64,000 nt of DNA, taken from positions 14 to 64,013 of the forward strand of contig JANOQN010000065.1 in NCBI GenBank assembly GCA_031422315.1, in the 5' to 3' direction. The first letter of the stretch is position 1; each line of letters starts with the position of its first letter. Below are positions 27,323-37,588 of this stretch, in pieces. Below the pieces are notes generated by a model that was given only the letters and a program-made list of their open reading frames with translations, was not told where the DNA came from and searched no databases. Both the position numbers and the translations under genes were made by a program. The stretch comes from Rhodanobacteraceae bacterium. Its GTDB lineage: Bacteria > Pseudomonadota > Gammaproteobacteria > Xanthomonadales > SZUA-5.

Positions 27323-29269
27323 CTACTCAAACCCATTCGCAAAACTATAGTCCGAAGCCGTTTGCGCCAACCGCGTACCAGTCAAACGCGCGGCAAGCGC
27401 AGACTGGCGATTCGGAAGTGCGCTACCCCAGTTGGGCACATCAATAGTGGGTACCGGATTACCGAGCGCTACTGGAACTGCCGGCGGCGCAGGGTTATCC
27501 GAGTTGTGTTGGCCGACCACAATCACGTGCCCAGCGGCTTGCGCTATGCCGACCAACTTGGTGTTATCGCCGCCCAAACCCGTTACTTGATTCCAGGCGC
27601 CCACCACCAATGAGCTATAGCGCAAGCTGGCTAAATCCGGCGAATAGACCCGCACGAACTGGTTCCAGGCGCTGGGCACGAACGGCGTTAGGTTTGGCCT
27701 GGGCATGGTTTGGAACGCATCGGTTGTGGTGACGGTGCGGCGCCCGGCGCACATCACTGCAATGCTGCCATCAGTTAGGATGCTGATTTCGCCGCTAAAC
27801 CCGGCATCCGCGCCGCAGCGCGTGGTGTTCAAATCAGGCCAGCCGCCATTTGGGTTTGGCCAACCGCCGAGCAAACCATCAGGATGTGCTGCGCCAAAAT
27901 TTGTGCTGCCATCAACCAGTTCGCCCAAGTAACTGGCAGCGCGAACGCGACCATCTAGCCCATAACTTGCTAGCCAGCTCAAATGAATATTGCCATTCGT
28001 GCCGGAGAAGGATTTTTGAAAGCCGACTAAACCCGGCGATGCGGCAATCTGATCACCCTTCCAAAAATTAATGGTGTTATTGCCGTGCGTGCGTGCCAAA
28101 ACTACAAGCCGATCGTTGGTGTGATCAAGCGCCAGCCCGTCAACATATTGATCGGGTGAGGAATTCGCTGCCGTCTCTTGATAAAGCCGATCCCACCACT
28201 TCAAGCTGCCATCAGCGCGCATGGCGACGATTGCCGGTTCAAAATCTGGATTGCCGCCTGGCAGCGTGCTTTTGGTGCTGTAGCCAAAGTAGATATCGTT
28301 ATTGCGCCGATCCACTGTAATCGCACCGACGCGCTGCGTTTGCGGGCCTTGGGAGTTGTAACCCGTGTAGCCTGGGCCTGTGGTTAAACAAGTATTAGTG
28401 CCGCTCAGCGCGCAAGCGCTGGCGAAAAAATAATCATCAGGAAAGCGGCCTTTTCGACCGGTATTGCCGTTCGCATCGATGCTAGTGGAATCGAAATCAG
28501 ACTGTGTAAGGCTGCGTAAACTGCCGCGCCGGCTGGCTTTCATGACCACCGCGCTGTAAGCCAATGCCGGTGTGCCGTTGTAGCTGCTGGCGGGTGTGCC
28601 GTCCCATTCGGTGTCCGATATCGTCCAGTGCGCGTGCCAATTATTGACGACATCGGGCCCGCCGGTAGCAGTTAAGCGCTGAATCGCGTGCCAATCGTTG
28701 GCGAAATAATTGCCCAGCGCGTACACCACTTTGCCATCGCCACCGACGTCCCAAGGCTGGCGCTCTTTATTATCGCCGCTGGCGCGCACGTTGACTAAAA
28801 AGCTCAGCGCCGATGGCACCGTGCCTACGAAATTGCCATTGAGCTTGGCCAAATAGTAACCGTTAGTTACCGCACCATCTCGGCTGCCCGAAATATAAAT
28901 GCTGCCAGTCGCCTGACCCGGCACTTCGGTGCTGCGGATTTTGAAGACATCGCGCACACTGCCCGCCGGGAAATGCACGACGCGCAAAATTTGCCCTAAA
29001 TCGGCGCTCACTTGCAAAACAAATCCGATTTGCCCTGGCGCGCTTGAATCCGCACCAGTTGCGGCGATGGCGACGCGTGGCACGCCTGCCGCAATCCAAT
29101 CTAAATTTTGCGCCTGCCCGGCGATCAGTAGCGTGCCATCCGATAGCGCATGAACGTCATTAAAGCGCTCTTGGCTATCGTTACCGGCGTAAAACACGCG
29201 ATTAGCGGCACTGGTAAATTCGCTAATGCTCGCGAACATAATGATCGACATCCAGAAAATACTTCGCAT
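27323..29269 (-). CDS. Secreted hypothetical protein (beta-propeller-like) with C-terminal FANGFE tail
   Basis: 648 aa. N-terminal signal [21 protein letters not shown]. It ends ..[10 protein letters not shown]. The last 15 nt, AATGGGTTTGAGTAG, nearly match the 3' end of ORF 1971-2837. Confidence 0.8.
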   Translation of the reverse strand: MRSIFWMSIIMFASISEFTSAANRVFYAGNDSQERFNDVHALSDGTLLIAGQAQNLDWIAAGVPRVAIAATGADSSAPGQIGFVLQVSADLGQILRVVHFPAGSVRDVFKIRSTEVPGQATGSIYISGSRDGAVTNGYYLAKLNGNFVGTVPSALSFLVNVRASGDNKERQPWDVGGDGKVVYALGNYFANDWHAIQRLTATGGPDVVNNWHAHWTISDTEWDGTPASSYNGTPALAYSAVVMKASRRGSLRSLTQSDFDSTSIDANGNTGRKGRFPDDYFFASACALSGTNTCLTTGPGYTGYNSQGPQTQRVGAITVDRRNNDIYFGYSTKSTLPGGNPDFEPAIVAMRADGSLKWWDRLYQETAANSSPDQYVDGLALDHTNDRLVVLARTHGNNTINFWKGDQIAASPGLVGFQKSFSGTNGNIHLSWLASYGLDGRVRAASYLGELVDGSTNFGAAHPDGLLGGWPNPNGGWPDLNTTRCGADAGFSGEISILTDGSIAVMCAGRRTVTTTDAFQTMPRPNLTPFVPSAWNQFVRVYSPDLASLRYSSLVVGAWNQVTGLGGDNTKLVGIAQAAGHVIVVGQHNSDNPAPPAVPVALGNPVPTIDVPNWGSALPNRQSALAARLTGTRLAQTASDYSFANGFE

Positions 29270-29445
29270 GGCAACTCTTGCTTAGTTTGACGGCAGAAAG
29301 CTTGATCAAAACACAGTTAATTTTCTGTGATTTGAGCCCGCACAAATCAGCATCTTGCACATTTATTTTTTCAATGTCACCCAAAGCACATTGGCGCAAA
29401 TTAGACTTGCGCTACTCACCAAACACGACTTACTCGGAGCACGCA

Positions 29446-29904
29446 ATGGCATTCAATCTGCAAGTTAATGGTAAAACCGAAATCATCGACGCGGATGCCG
29501 CTATGCCGTTGCTCTGGGTGCTGCGAGATACGCTCAAACTTACCGGCACCAAATACGGCTGCGGTATTGCTCAATGCGGTGCGTGCACGGTGCTAGTTGA
29601 CGGCATACCGATGCGATCTTGCATCACCCCAGCCAGCGCGCTGGTCGGACAGAAAATCAGCACCATTGAAGGCGCGAACAGTGCGGCCTCAGGGGCTCTG
29701 CAAAGCGCGTGGCAGGCGCTAAACGTGCCGCAATGTGGCTATTGCCAAAGCGGGCAAATATTAAGCGCTACAGCGTTACTGGCTCAGAATAAAGCGCCTA
29801 GCGACGCGGAAATTGACGCCGCCATGGCGGGCAATCTATGCCGCTGCGCAACTTACGGGCGCATACGTGCAGGTATCAAACAAGCCGCAGCGACGCTGGT
29901 TTAA
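29446..29904 (+). CDS. iorA: (2Fe-2S)-binding small subunit of a molybdo-hydroxylase (isoquinoline 1-oxidoreductase alpha-like)
   Basis: [53 protein letters not shown]: both 2Fe-2S cysteine clusters are present. The start is moved to ATG 29446. Confidence 0.92.
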   Translation: MAFNLQVNGKTEIIDADAAMPLLWVLRDTLKLTGTKYGCGIAQCGACTVLVDGIPMRSCITPASALVGQKISTIEGANSAASGALQSAWQALNVPQCGYCQSGQILSATALLAQNKAPSDAEIDAAMAGNLCRCATYGRIRAGIKQAAATLV

Positions 29905-29964
29905 CGATGAGAGCCAAAAAAATGCCTAAGTTTAAATCCGAGGATAGCGTGAAAAAGAATTTAA

Positions 29965-30080
29965 TGACCATTCGTGCTGAGCTTGTCGAAGCAGGTAGCG
30001 TTAGGCTTCGAGATGCAAAAGCTTGTGTAATCGAAGGTTGCCGCTCTGCCCTTCGACAGGCTCAGGGCGAACGAGTTTGT
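29965..30080. repeat. Long palindromic repeat element inside the iorA-iorB spacer
   Basis: TTCGTGCTGAGCTTGTCGAAGCAG (29970-29994) and CTGCCCTTCGACAGGCTCAGGGCGAACGA (about 30046-30076) are imperfect inverted copies. This is the same family as 15750-15880. Confidence 0.6.
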
Positions 30081-30132
30081 CGTAATCACTTTATATCTTT
30101 TTTGACCGAGTCGACATTCTTAAGGAAACCTC

Positions 30133-32373
30133 ATGTTCAATGAAAAACAAATCGCGCGGTTTAGGAGTACTGACTCCGCTGCTTTGAAATCCACCGAATC
30201 GACACGCCCCACCTTGCTCGCAAGGCGCGACTTTTTATTCGCCAGCGCACTGATCGGCAGCACCTTGATCATTGGCTGCAAATCCTCACCCGCCACGGAT
30301 AGCACAGCTGAGGCCGCCAAAGCGCTGCCTGTACCCATCAATCCTTTTGATGCTTACATTGGCATTCAAGCGAACGGCAAAGTCATGGTTTACTCCAGCC
30401 AGTTTGAGATGGGGCAAGGCGTATATCACGGGCTGGCTACGCTGGTCGCTGAAGAAATGCAGATTGATGTGGCGGGCATCCAAGTTGAAGGCCGCGCGGG
30501 CAATCCAGCGTTCTATGGTAATCCGATGATGGGCGGCGCATTTCAACTCACGGGTGGCTCATCCAGCATGCCCGGCTCGTGGGAGCGCTATCGAAAAGCC
30601 GGCGCAATGGCAAGAACCTTACTACTATCGGCGGCTGCGAAAAAACTCACAGTACCAGTAAGCGAGCTTGCTATTGATCAGGGCAATATCTTGCATAGCA
30701 GCACTGGCACGCGCCTGCACTTCGGCGAAGTGGTGAGCGAAGCTGCCGCGTTGTCTTTAGATTTTGAAGTGCCGTTAAAAGCAATCGCCGACTGGACTCA
30801 AATCGGCAAGGATCAGCGTTTTCGCGTTGACGGCGGCGCGAAAACCAACGGCGCGCAGCGCTACACGATTGATATCGATCTACCCGGCATGCTGAGCGCC
30901 GCCATTTTGCATTCGCCAAAATTTGGCGGCAAGCTCGTTAGCTTTGATGCAGCTGACAGCTTGAAGATTTCAGGCGTACTGGAGGTGGTGAAAATATCGC
31001 GCGGCGTAGCGGTAGTTGCAGAGAATTATTGGGCTGCGATGCAAGGCTTGGCGGTGTTAAAAGCTACCTGGGACGACAGCAATGCCGAAAGCCGATCTAG
31101 CGCGCAAATTTTTGCTGATTTCGACAAGCTCGCGAACTTACCTGGCACCGTGGCCAAAACCGCGGGTGACGCCAGCAAAGCGCTCAAATCTGCGGCAAAA
31201 AGTATCAGCGCGACCTATCACTTTCCTTATCTTGCGCACGCTGCAATGGAGCCGCTCAACGCGGTGGTCCACAAATCAGGCGATGAGCTGCATATTTATG
31301 GTGGCCTGCAAATGCCGGACATGGTCAAAAGCGTATGCGCAAGTATTTGCGCGGTACCGCCGGAGCAAGTCAAACTGTTTGTGATGCAATCTGGCGGTGG
31401 CTTTGGTCGGCGCGCGGTAGCCGATTGCGATGTATTTGCCGAAGCAGCCGAAATTGCCAATGCGCTTAAATTTCGCGCACCGATTAAAGTGCAATGGACC
31501 CGCGAAAACGATATGCGCGGCGGCCGCTATCGGCCATTGCATGTGCATCAAGTCAAAGTCGGCATTGATGCTTCGAAAAAAGTGAGCGGCTGGCAGCATC
31601 ATATTGTTGGGCAGTCCATTCTTTCAGGCACGCCGTTTGAAGCCATGTTGAAAAACGGCGTCGATGAAAGCATGACCGAGGGCGTACACAATAGTCCTTA
31701 TCAGCTAGCTGATTTCGAGCTGCATATAACGCACCCGGTGTCGCCAATTCCAGTGCTATGGTGGCGTTCGGTCGGGCATACCCACACCGCCTACGTTATG
31801 GAAACTATGATCGATGAAATCGCACAGCTAACCGACGTTGACCCAGTTGCGCTGCGCCTGCAATTACTGCCCAAAGCGGCACGCGAACGCGGCGTTTTAC
31901 AATTGGCCGCCGATAAAGCGGATTGGGCCAGTCCGCCCGCGCCAGGACGCTTTCGCGGCATTGCCGTGCATTCGAGTTTTGGCAGCTTTGTCGCGACGGT
32001 TGCGGAAGTTAGTAAAGCAGCGGATGGCAGCATTAAAGTCGAGCGCTGCGTGGTGGCATCGGATTGCGGCGTGGTGATCAACCCCGATATTGTGCGCGCG
32101 CAGCTTGAAGGCGGCACTGGTTTTGGGCTCAGCGCATTCTTGGGCGAGCAATTGACTATCGAAAATGGCGCGGCGGTCGAAGGCAATTTCGATGCCTACC
32201 GAACCTTGCGCATGGATGCCATGCCGATCATTGAAACGCATTTATTTGCTTCCACCGAATCACCCACCGGCATTGGCGAATGTGCGGTGCCAACCATTGC
32301 ACCCGCCGTGGCAAACGCCATTTTCAAAGCCACAGGTAAGCGCATTCGAACGCTGCCGTTTTTGCAGGCGTAG
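30133..32373 (+). CDS. iorB: Molybdopterin-binding large subunit of a molybdo-hydroxylase (isoquinoline 1-oxidoreductase beta-like) with a Tat-type leader
   Basis: 746 aa. Twin-arginine-like leader ..LLARRDFLFASALIGSTL.. The aldehyde-oxidase/xanthine-dehydrogenase a/b-hammerhead and MoCo-binding pattern continues to ..GIGECAVPTIAPAVANAIFKATGKRIRTLPF. Confidence 0.92.
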   Translation: MFNEKQIARFRSTDSAALKSTESTRPTLLARRDFLFASALIGSTLIIGCKSSPATDSTAEAAKALPVPINPFDAYIGIQANGKVMVYSSQFEMGQGVYHGLATLVAEEMQIDVAGIQVEGRAGNPAFYGNPMMGGAFQLTGGSSSMPGSWERYRKAGAMARTLLLSAAAKKLTVPVSELAIDQGNILHSSTGTRLHFGEVVSEAAALSLDFEVPLKAIADWTQIGKDQRFRVDGGAKTNGAQRYTIDIDLPGMLSAAILHSPKFGGKLVSFDAADSLKISGVLEVVKISRGVAVVAENYWAAMQGLAVLKATWDDSNAESRSSAQIFADFDKLANLPGTVAKTAGDASKALKSAAKSISATYHFPYLAHAAMEPLNAVVHKSGDELHIYGGLQMPDMVKSVCASICAVPPEQVKLFVMQSGGGFGRRAVADCDVFAEAAEIANALKFRAPIKVQWTRENDMRGGRYRPLHVHQVKVGIDASKKVSGWQHHIVGQSILSGTPFEAMLKNGVDESMTEGVHNSPYQLADFELHITHPVSPIPVLWWRSVGHTHTAYVMETMIDEIAQLTDVDPVALRLQLLPKAARERGVLQLAADKADWASPPAPGRFRGIAVHSSFGSFVATVAEVSKAADGSIKVERCVVASDCGVVINPDIVRAQLEGGTGFGLSAFLGEQLTIENGAAVEGNFDAYRTLRMDAMPIIETHLFASTESPTGIGECAVPTIAPAVANAIFKATGKRIRTLPFLQA

Positions 32374-32431
32374 GTAGATGAGTTGTGGCGGCAAGCAAGC
32401 GCCTTTGCGTGCTGATTTCCATCGTTAGCTA

Positions 32432-33352
32432 TTGGGAGCCACTGAAATAGCGCCGCTTGATTTCTACACGCAGCGCTATTTGGCCGGCACGCCTTGCGCG
32501 CTCGTTACGCTGCTCAACATTGACGGCTCTGCACCTAGGCGAGTCGGCACGCAAATCGCTGTTAGCCCAGATTCGCACTGTGGTTCGCTCTCGGGCGGCT
32601 GTTTAGATGCGGCGGTACACATGGAAGCTCGCGCGGCGTTAGAAGCTGGCCGCAATAGTCGACTAGCGCTGGGTGAGCGCTCCGAGATCATCGATTTGCG
32701 CCTGCCCTGTGGCAGCACGCTGCTGCTACAAATCGATACTGCACTTACCGCAAAAGTCAGCGAAGCGATTGTTAACGCTCGAAAAAATCGCCAACCGATC
32801 ACGCTTGCTTGGAATGAGCCAGCGCAGGGCGCGCAGCTTTTAAGCGCTGCCAGCACACCCAACTATCAACATCGCTACCTACCCGCGCTTAAGCTCTGTG
32901 TTGTTGGCGCCGAACCCATGCTGTCAATTTTTTTACGCATTGTACGGGCTGCCAACGTGGAGGTAATCGCGTACAGCCAAAAGTTAGCTAACTCAGTAAC
33001 TCCGGATGGCCTTGGCATTTTAGATTGGACTAATAGCTTGCAAGGAAATCAGCCAAGCTTGATGCTGGATGCCTACACGGCAGCCTTGACGCTATTGCAT
33101 GAGCACGAATTCGAGCTGCCATTTCTATCTGCCGCATTGCAAAGCGACGCGTTTTGGGTCGGTGCGATGGGCAGCCAAAAAGCGCACCGCGCGCGCTGCG
33201 TAGCATTAGCCGAACGGGCCGTTGCCAGCGCCTTGATCCAAACGCTGCATGGCCCGGTAGGCATACAAGGCCAAAGTTTAGCTAAAACGCCCGAACTGAT
33301 TGCGTTGGCGATTTTGCTGGAGATTTTGACTGCCTATGAGCAGCTTTATTAG
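32432..33352 (+). CDS. XdhC/CoxI family molybdoenzyme maturation protein
   Basis: ..ALVTLLNIDGSAPRRVGTQIAV..GSLSGGCLD.. and a C-terminal Rossmann-like half, in the expected position after iorB. The start (TTG 32432) is uncertain. Confidence 0.85.
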   Translation: MGATEIAPLDFYTQRYLAGTPCALVTLLNIDGSAPRRVGTQIAVSPDSHCGSLSGGCLDAAVHMEARAALEAGRNSRLALGERSEIIDLRLPCGSTLLLQIDTALTAKVSEAIVNARKNRQPITLAWNEPAQGAQLLSAASTPNYQHRYLPALKLCVVGAEPMLSIFLRIVRAANVEVIAYSQKLANSVTPDGLGILDWTNSLQGNQPSLMLDAYTAALTLLHEHEFELPFLSAALQSDAFWVGAMGSQKAHRARCVALAERAVASALIQTLHGPVGIQGQSLAKTPELIALAILLEILTAYEQLY

Positions 33353-33989
33353 CGCGAACTTTGCCGCCGTAGTGTTGGCGGCCGGTAGCTCATCACGCTT
33401 AGGGCAGCCCAAAGCGCTGCTGCGCTGGCAAGGCGAAACTTTGCTAGCACGGGCCCTGCAGCTCGCACAAATTGGCAAGCCTTCCGCCTGCCTGCTGGCA
33501 ATCGGCCACAATGCCGATTCACTCTGGCGCACCTGGCAGCAAGACGTCAGCAATAGATTACTGTCTCAACACATTCAACGCATGGATGTAGTGGATTGGC
33601 AGCTCGGTATGGGCGCTTCGCTGCAAGCGGCAGTGCGCGCCGTTAATGCGCGCGCTGAAGTTAACGGTTTGCTGGTGCTATTGGTTGATCAGTACCGAAT
33701 TGAGCCCGAATTTATCGGCGCGCTCGTCCAGCGCTGGCGCGCGCAGCCTGATTTTGCCGCCTGCGCGGGCTATCCCGATGTTCAACACGAATCTCCAGCT
33801 ACGCAAAATGTTCTGGGTGCGCCAGCCATTTTGCCGCGCAGCTGGTTTAGCGAAATACTCAGGCTGCCAGCCGTTGATGTCGGCGCGCGTGAACTACTGC
33901 GCTCGAGAAACGACGTCAACGCACTGGCGATACCAGCGCCGGGGGATGTGGATTCGCTGGGTGATTTGGGTGGGTTTAGCGCAAACTGA
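33336..33989 (+). CDS. MobA/MocA-like nucleotidyltransferase (molybdenum cofactor cytidylyl/guanylyl-transferase family)
   Basis: FAAVVLAAGSSSRLGQPKALLRWQGETLLARAL is the NTP_transf_3 N-terminal motif. It overlaps the xdhC 3' end by 17 nt. Confidence 0.8.
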   Translation: MSSFISANFAAVVLAAGSSSRLGQPKALLRWQGETLLARALQLAQIGKPSACLLAIGHNADSLWRTWQQDVSNRLLSQHIQRMDVVDWQLGMGASLQAAVRAVNARAEVNGLLVLLVDQYRIEPEFIGALVQRWRAQPDFAACAGYPDVQHESPATQNVLGAPAILPRSWFSEILRLPAVDVGARELLRSRNDVNALAIPAPGDVDSLGDLGGFSAN

Positions 33990-34014
33990 TGTGCCGTTGC
34001 ATTTTTAAATTCAA

Positions 34015-34150
34015 CGCCAACGGCGTTATGCCTTCAGCCGAGCCACCCGAATGAAATGAGGCTTGTGCTGGACGAAACCGCGTTGCGGTTTAAATTAACT
34101 ATGCTCGATAACAAGGGTAGCCTTCGGCAACCCTAGCCTTAAGGCAAAAG
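34015..34150 (-). other. Possible orphan attC-like site (weak)
   Basis: The plus strand CGCCAAC-GGCGTTATGCCT-TCAGCCGAG follows the same YCYAAC-N-T(C/A)AGCCGA pattern as 26166, 27272 and 48808. A partner arm, ..GTAGCCTTCGGC.., lies about 100 nt downstream. No clear second core box and no adjacent minus-strand gene. Confidence 0.3.
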
Positions 34151-34357
34151 CCCGCCCAGCTTGAACTGAGATATTCAGCTTGCCTATCGCGCAGCGTTTT
34201 GTACCGAGTACTGACGTTGTCTGACTGCAATTGAGTGACTCAGCCCCGTGCCTAAGAGACGTGTTGATTTTGAATTGGCTCCATCCACTTTTGATAGTGT
34301 CACCGCAACGCCATCAATTGCGCTGAGGTTTGTCAGAATAAGCGGGCACACTATTCC

Positions 34358-35128
34358 ATGCCTTGGACTTTCGCTCACCCTGCCATCATGCTGCCGCTGC
34401 GGCAATGTTTCCCCCAACCGATTTTTTTCACAGCAGCGATCTTTGGCAGCTTGATGCCTGATTTCAACTACTACCTTGACACCCGCGTGCCAGCCATGTT
34501 CGGTTGGGGCAGCCATAGCCTAGTTGGCAGTGCGCTTTTGGCCTGTAGCCTTGGATTGCTGTGTTTGGCGCTGGTGATGTGGAGCGCAGCAATCTTGTGT
34601 GCACCGTTGCCAAACCCGCATCGAGGCAAAGTGTTTGCGACGCTGCAATCGCTGCAATGGCCCAGCACTTTGTTTACTTGGCTGGCGCTATTCGCATGTT
34701 TGATACTGGGCGCTTGGAGCCACGTGTTTTGGGACGCTTGGACGCACCGCACAGGTTATTTTTCTCAGCTTTTAAGCCTGCATCAGGTGATCTATGGCAC
34801 TCCGATTTTTCGTTGGTTACAGCACGCGAGTACTGTGTTTGGTTGTGCGGCGTTAGCCTATGTTTATAGTCAAAGCAAACCAAGTACGAACCAATTCGAA
34901 GGGCCAGCTTTGCGCGAGGCTATTTTTTGGTCAAAGGGATATGGCTTCATCTTGCTAGTGGCAATCACCACGATTGCAGCTGCCGCATTAGGTTGGAGTG
35001 ACGCCATGCGCGCCGAATCAGTCTATTTTTGGCGTGTGTTCTATTTTCGCTCAGCCGTTGCTGGCACGCAGATATTAGGAGTGCTTTGGCTGGTTTGCGG
35101 AGCGCTTCGGTTATGGCAGGAAAAGTAA
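34358..35128 (+). CDS. DUF4184-like membrane protein
   Basis: MPWTFAHPAIMLPLRQ.. N-terminus and ..HVFWDAWTH.. motif, with six or more hydrophobic segments. Confidence 0.75.
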   Translation: MPWTFAHPAIMLPLRQCFPQPIFFTAAIFGSLMPDFNYYLDTRVPAMFGWGSHSLVGSALLACSLGLLCLALVMWSAAILCAPLPNPHRGKVFATLQSLQWPSTLFTWLALFACLILGAWSHVFWDAWTHRTGYFSQLLSLHQVIYGTPIFRWLQHASTVFGCAALAYVYSQSKPSTNQFEGPALREAIFWSKGYGFILLVAITTIAAAALGWSDAMRAESVYFWRVFYFRSAVAGTQILGVLWLVCGALRLWQEK

Positions 35129-35236
35129 GCTTCCTAGCCGAACCCGCATTAGCCGTTGCATTTTGTTACACAGAAGCGTGAGCCCTAAGCCCTGGATTTA
35201 CTGCTTTAAGCGCTAACACCCAAACTTGGAACACTC

Positions 35237-37183
35237 ATGATTCGCCAAATCTTTGCGCTTGCTTTGCTTTACACAAGTCAATCGCTGTGGGGGGCGACCT
35301 ACGTAGTCGACACCACGATCGACAACACTTCAACGCTGTTTTTACAATGCACCGCCGCGCCGAATAACTGCTCACTGCGGGGCGCCGTCCAAAAAGCCAA
35401 CGCCAATCCTGGGCCGGATGTCATTGAATTCAACGTACCCGCAATCGATGATGCAGGCTGCGATTCGGTTAGTGGCGGCTGCCGCTTCAACCTGTCAGGC
35501 ATGCCACTTAGCGTCTCTGAAGCCGTCAGCTTTGATGGCTATACGCAGCCCGGCGCGCAGGCCAATACGATTCCGGCGAGCCAAGGTGAAATGAATGCGT
35601 CTTTGAAGATAGAGCTTCTAAACGGCGGTGGCTCGGCAATCTTGGTTGCGCAGCAAAATGGGGGATTGATCGATGGATTATTGTCGGTGCAAGGGCTGAT
35701 TTTTGGCGTACATACCAACGCGATCGGGGCGACGAATCTTCGCAGCCTTACCGTACATGGCTGCTGGTTTAATTCGGCGTTAAACGGCCAGGTGGTCGAC
35801 GGTGGCGGCTCGCTAACTTATGTCACCAATGGCGATTCGGGCACCCCGTATATTGTCCGAATCGGCGGTCTGCTACCCGAACAGCGAAACTGGTTTCCCA
35901 ATGGCAATGTCAATCTAACCCCGCGTGCTTCTTTCAATCAATCGCCCACGTTCGATATGCGAATTGAAGGCAATCTTTTCGGGGCAGCCCGCGATGCTAT
36001 GACATCCGCTAGCGCAGCAGCGTTTCGATTCTATTCTGGGATTTCTTTTAGCCCACCGCCTGCCCCAAATTCGCTGCTGTTGATTGGCGGAACTGATCCA
36101 AACGCCCGCAATATTTTTGCCGGGATAGGCTATGGAATCGTCGGCGGCGGAGTAAATAACAACGTCGCAATTGTCAAAATCCAAGGCAATTACTTTGGCG
36201 TCGGAAAGGATGGCGTGACATCGATTCCGCTGCAATTCGGAGTCGACGCTGAGGGCGCAACTGTGGGTGGTCAAGCGCTAGGCGAAGGCAATCTTTTCGT
36301 GGGGAATCCATCGTTAGTCAAAGCAGCTTCAAAAGGCGTGACTAGCCCTGGACGTATGCGCGTGTTGGGCAATCGATTTCGCAACCACCTTGAGTGCGCG
36401 CTTTGTAATCCTGAGGAAGGTAGCACTTTCCTGCGCCCCAATGATCCAGGTGATGCAGATGCCTATGGATTCACCGGAAACACCCTACAAAACTATCCAG
36501 AAATTACCGCCGTTAGCCAAAACGGTGCGCAGTTAAGCGTTACCTATCGCGTCACTACCGCCTCTACAAATGCCGTGTATCCGCTTGATATTGAGTTTTA
36601 CAAAGCGGCTGGCTGGGAAGGCGAGGAAATTCTGGGACGCGATGTTTACAGCACGCCGGAGCTTGAAAAAACCGTTGTGCTGACCATCCCGGCGGGCACT
36701 TCGTTCAACGCGGCAAGCGATATGGTGTTGGCAAGCACCAACGCCGCCGCGCCTTTAGGTGGCTTCAGCCGGTTTAGCTGGCACCCTATCGTGTTGACAT
36801 TTTTGGGCAACGCGCCGCTGTCGTTAAACACGCCCACCAGCGTTCGCGTACGTGCACAATCGATTTGGAGCCCGTACACGCCGCGCGGCCAAGTCAGCAT
36901 TGATTTTGGCGGCTTAGGCGGTGGAACGCCCTGCACGCTGAATTTACAGCCCACGGCAAACCCCGGCGTTGCCGAAGGCAACTGCCAAATAACGGCAACT
37001 TCGATTCCTTTTAGCGGCATCTCGCAGCTGACTGCCAGCTTTCGCGTGCAAACCGGCATTCCCTTCGGCGGTGAAGATGGCCGAGTTGCCATCGCCATGC
37101 GAAATGCAGCGGTAATTCAAGACAACCTTTTTTGCCACGGTTTTGAAGATAATTCGAACGGTACTTGTAGGCCGTTGCCGTAG
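35237..37183 (+). CDS. Secreted hypothetical protein (parallel beta-helix-like N-terminal region), with an HGFE motif near the C-terminus
   Basis: Signal peptide MIRQIFALALLYTSQSLWG. The CSLRGAVQKANANPGPDVIEFNV motif is common at the start of beta-helix surface proteins. It ends ..DNLFCHGFEDNSNGTCRPLP*. Confidence 0.8.
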   Translation: MIRQIFALALLYTSQSLWGATYVVDTTIDNTSTLFLQCTAAPNNCSLRGAVQKANANPGPDVIEFNVPAIDDAGCDSVSGGCRFNLSGMPLSVSEAVSFDGYTQPGAQANTIPASQGEMNASLKIELLNGGGSAILVAQQNGGLIDGLLSVQGLIFGVHTNAIGATNLRSLTVHGCWFNSALNGQVVDGGGSLTYVTNGDSGTPYIVRIGGLLPEQRNWFPNGNVNLTPRASFNQSPTFDMRIEGNLFGAARDAMTSASAAAFRFYSGISFSPPPAPNSLLLIGGTDPNARNIFAGIGYGIVGGGVNNNVAIVKIQGNYFGVGKDGVTSIPLQFGVDAEGATVGGQALGEGNLFVGNPSLVKAASKGVTSPGRMRVLGNRFRNHLECALCNPEEGSTFLRPNDPGDADAYGFTGNTLQNYPEITAVSQNGAQLSVTYRVTTASTNAVYPLDIEFYKAAGWEGEEILGRDVYSTPELEKTVVLTIPAGTSFNAASDMVLASTNAAAPLGGFSRFSWHPIVLTFLGNAPLSLNTPTSVRVRAQSIWSPYTPRGQVSIDFGGLGGGTPCTLNLQPTANPGVAEGNCQITATSIPFSGISQLTASFRVQTGIPFGGEDGRVAIAMRNAAVIQDNLFCHGFEDNSNGTCRPLP

Positions 37184-37342
37184 GGTTTTGAACCGTTGCG
37201 CTCAATCTTGCGTTGGCAGGTTTAACGTTTCAGCGTCAGAATCCGTTCGGGATTTTCAATTTGTTGAATACCGCGAAATACGTCAATTCTTACTTATGGC
37301 CGCGCTATGCTATTTTACTAGCGCTATTTTCCGGAGGAAGTC

Positions 37343-37588
37343 ATGTCAACGGTATCCAAGATGATCACGCTTTCCCAGCACCAGGATGGTTGGATTAAAG
37401 CCCAAATCACTGCTGGAAACTACACCAGTGACAGCGAGTTTATTCACGCGCTGATACGCCGGGATCAAGAGCGGGTTGCGGAAATCGAGGCAATTCAAAC
37501 GGCGCTCATCGTAGGTGAAAACAGTGGCCAAGCCGTTTCATTCGACGTGTCCGCATTTAAGCAACGGATGCGCGCTGAGCTTGGCTGA
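37343..37588 (+). CDS. parD: Type II antitoxin, ParD family
   Basis: ..ITLSQHQDGWIKAQITAGNYTSDSEFIHALIRRDQER..IQTALIVGENSG.. is typical of ParD/COG3609. 81 aa. Confidence 0.9.
   Translation: MSTVSKMITLSQHQDGWIKAQITAGNYTSDSEFIHALIRRDQERVAEIEAIQTALIVGENSGQAVSFDVSAFKQRMRAELG

Noticed and set aside
29300-29335. ACACAGTTAATTTTCTGTGA upstream of iorA, considered as a possible CRP site because crp is in the window.
   Set aside because: The half-sites are in the wrong arrangement and spacing (CACA..N10..TGTG rather than TGTGA-N6-TCACA).
29838-30143. 101-aa ORF bridging iorA and iorB.
   Set aside because: Its translation (..RAELVEAGSVRLRD..ALRQAQGERV..) is the typical artefactual reading of the palindromic intergenic repeat. 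It also overlaps the iorA 3' end out of frame.
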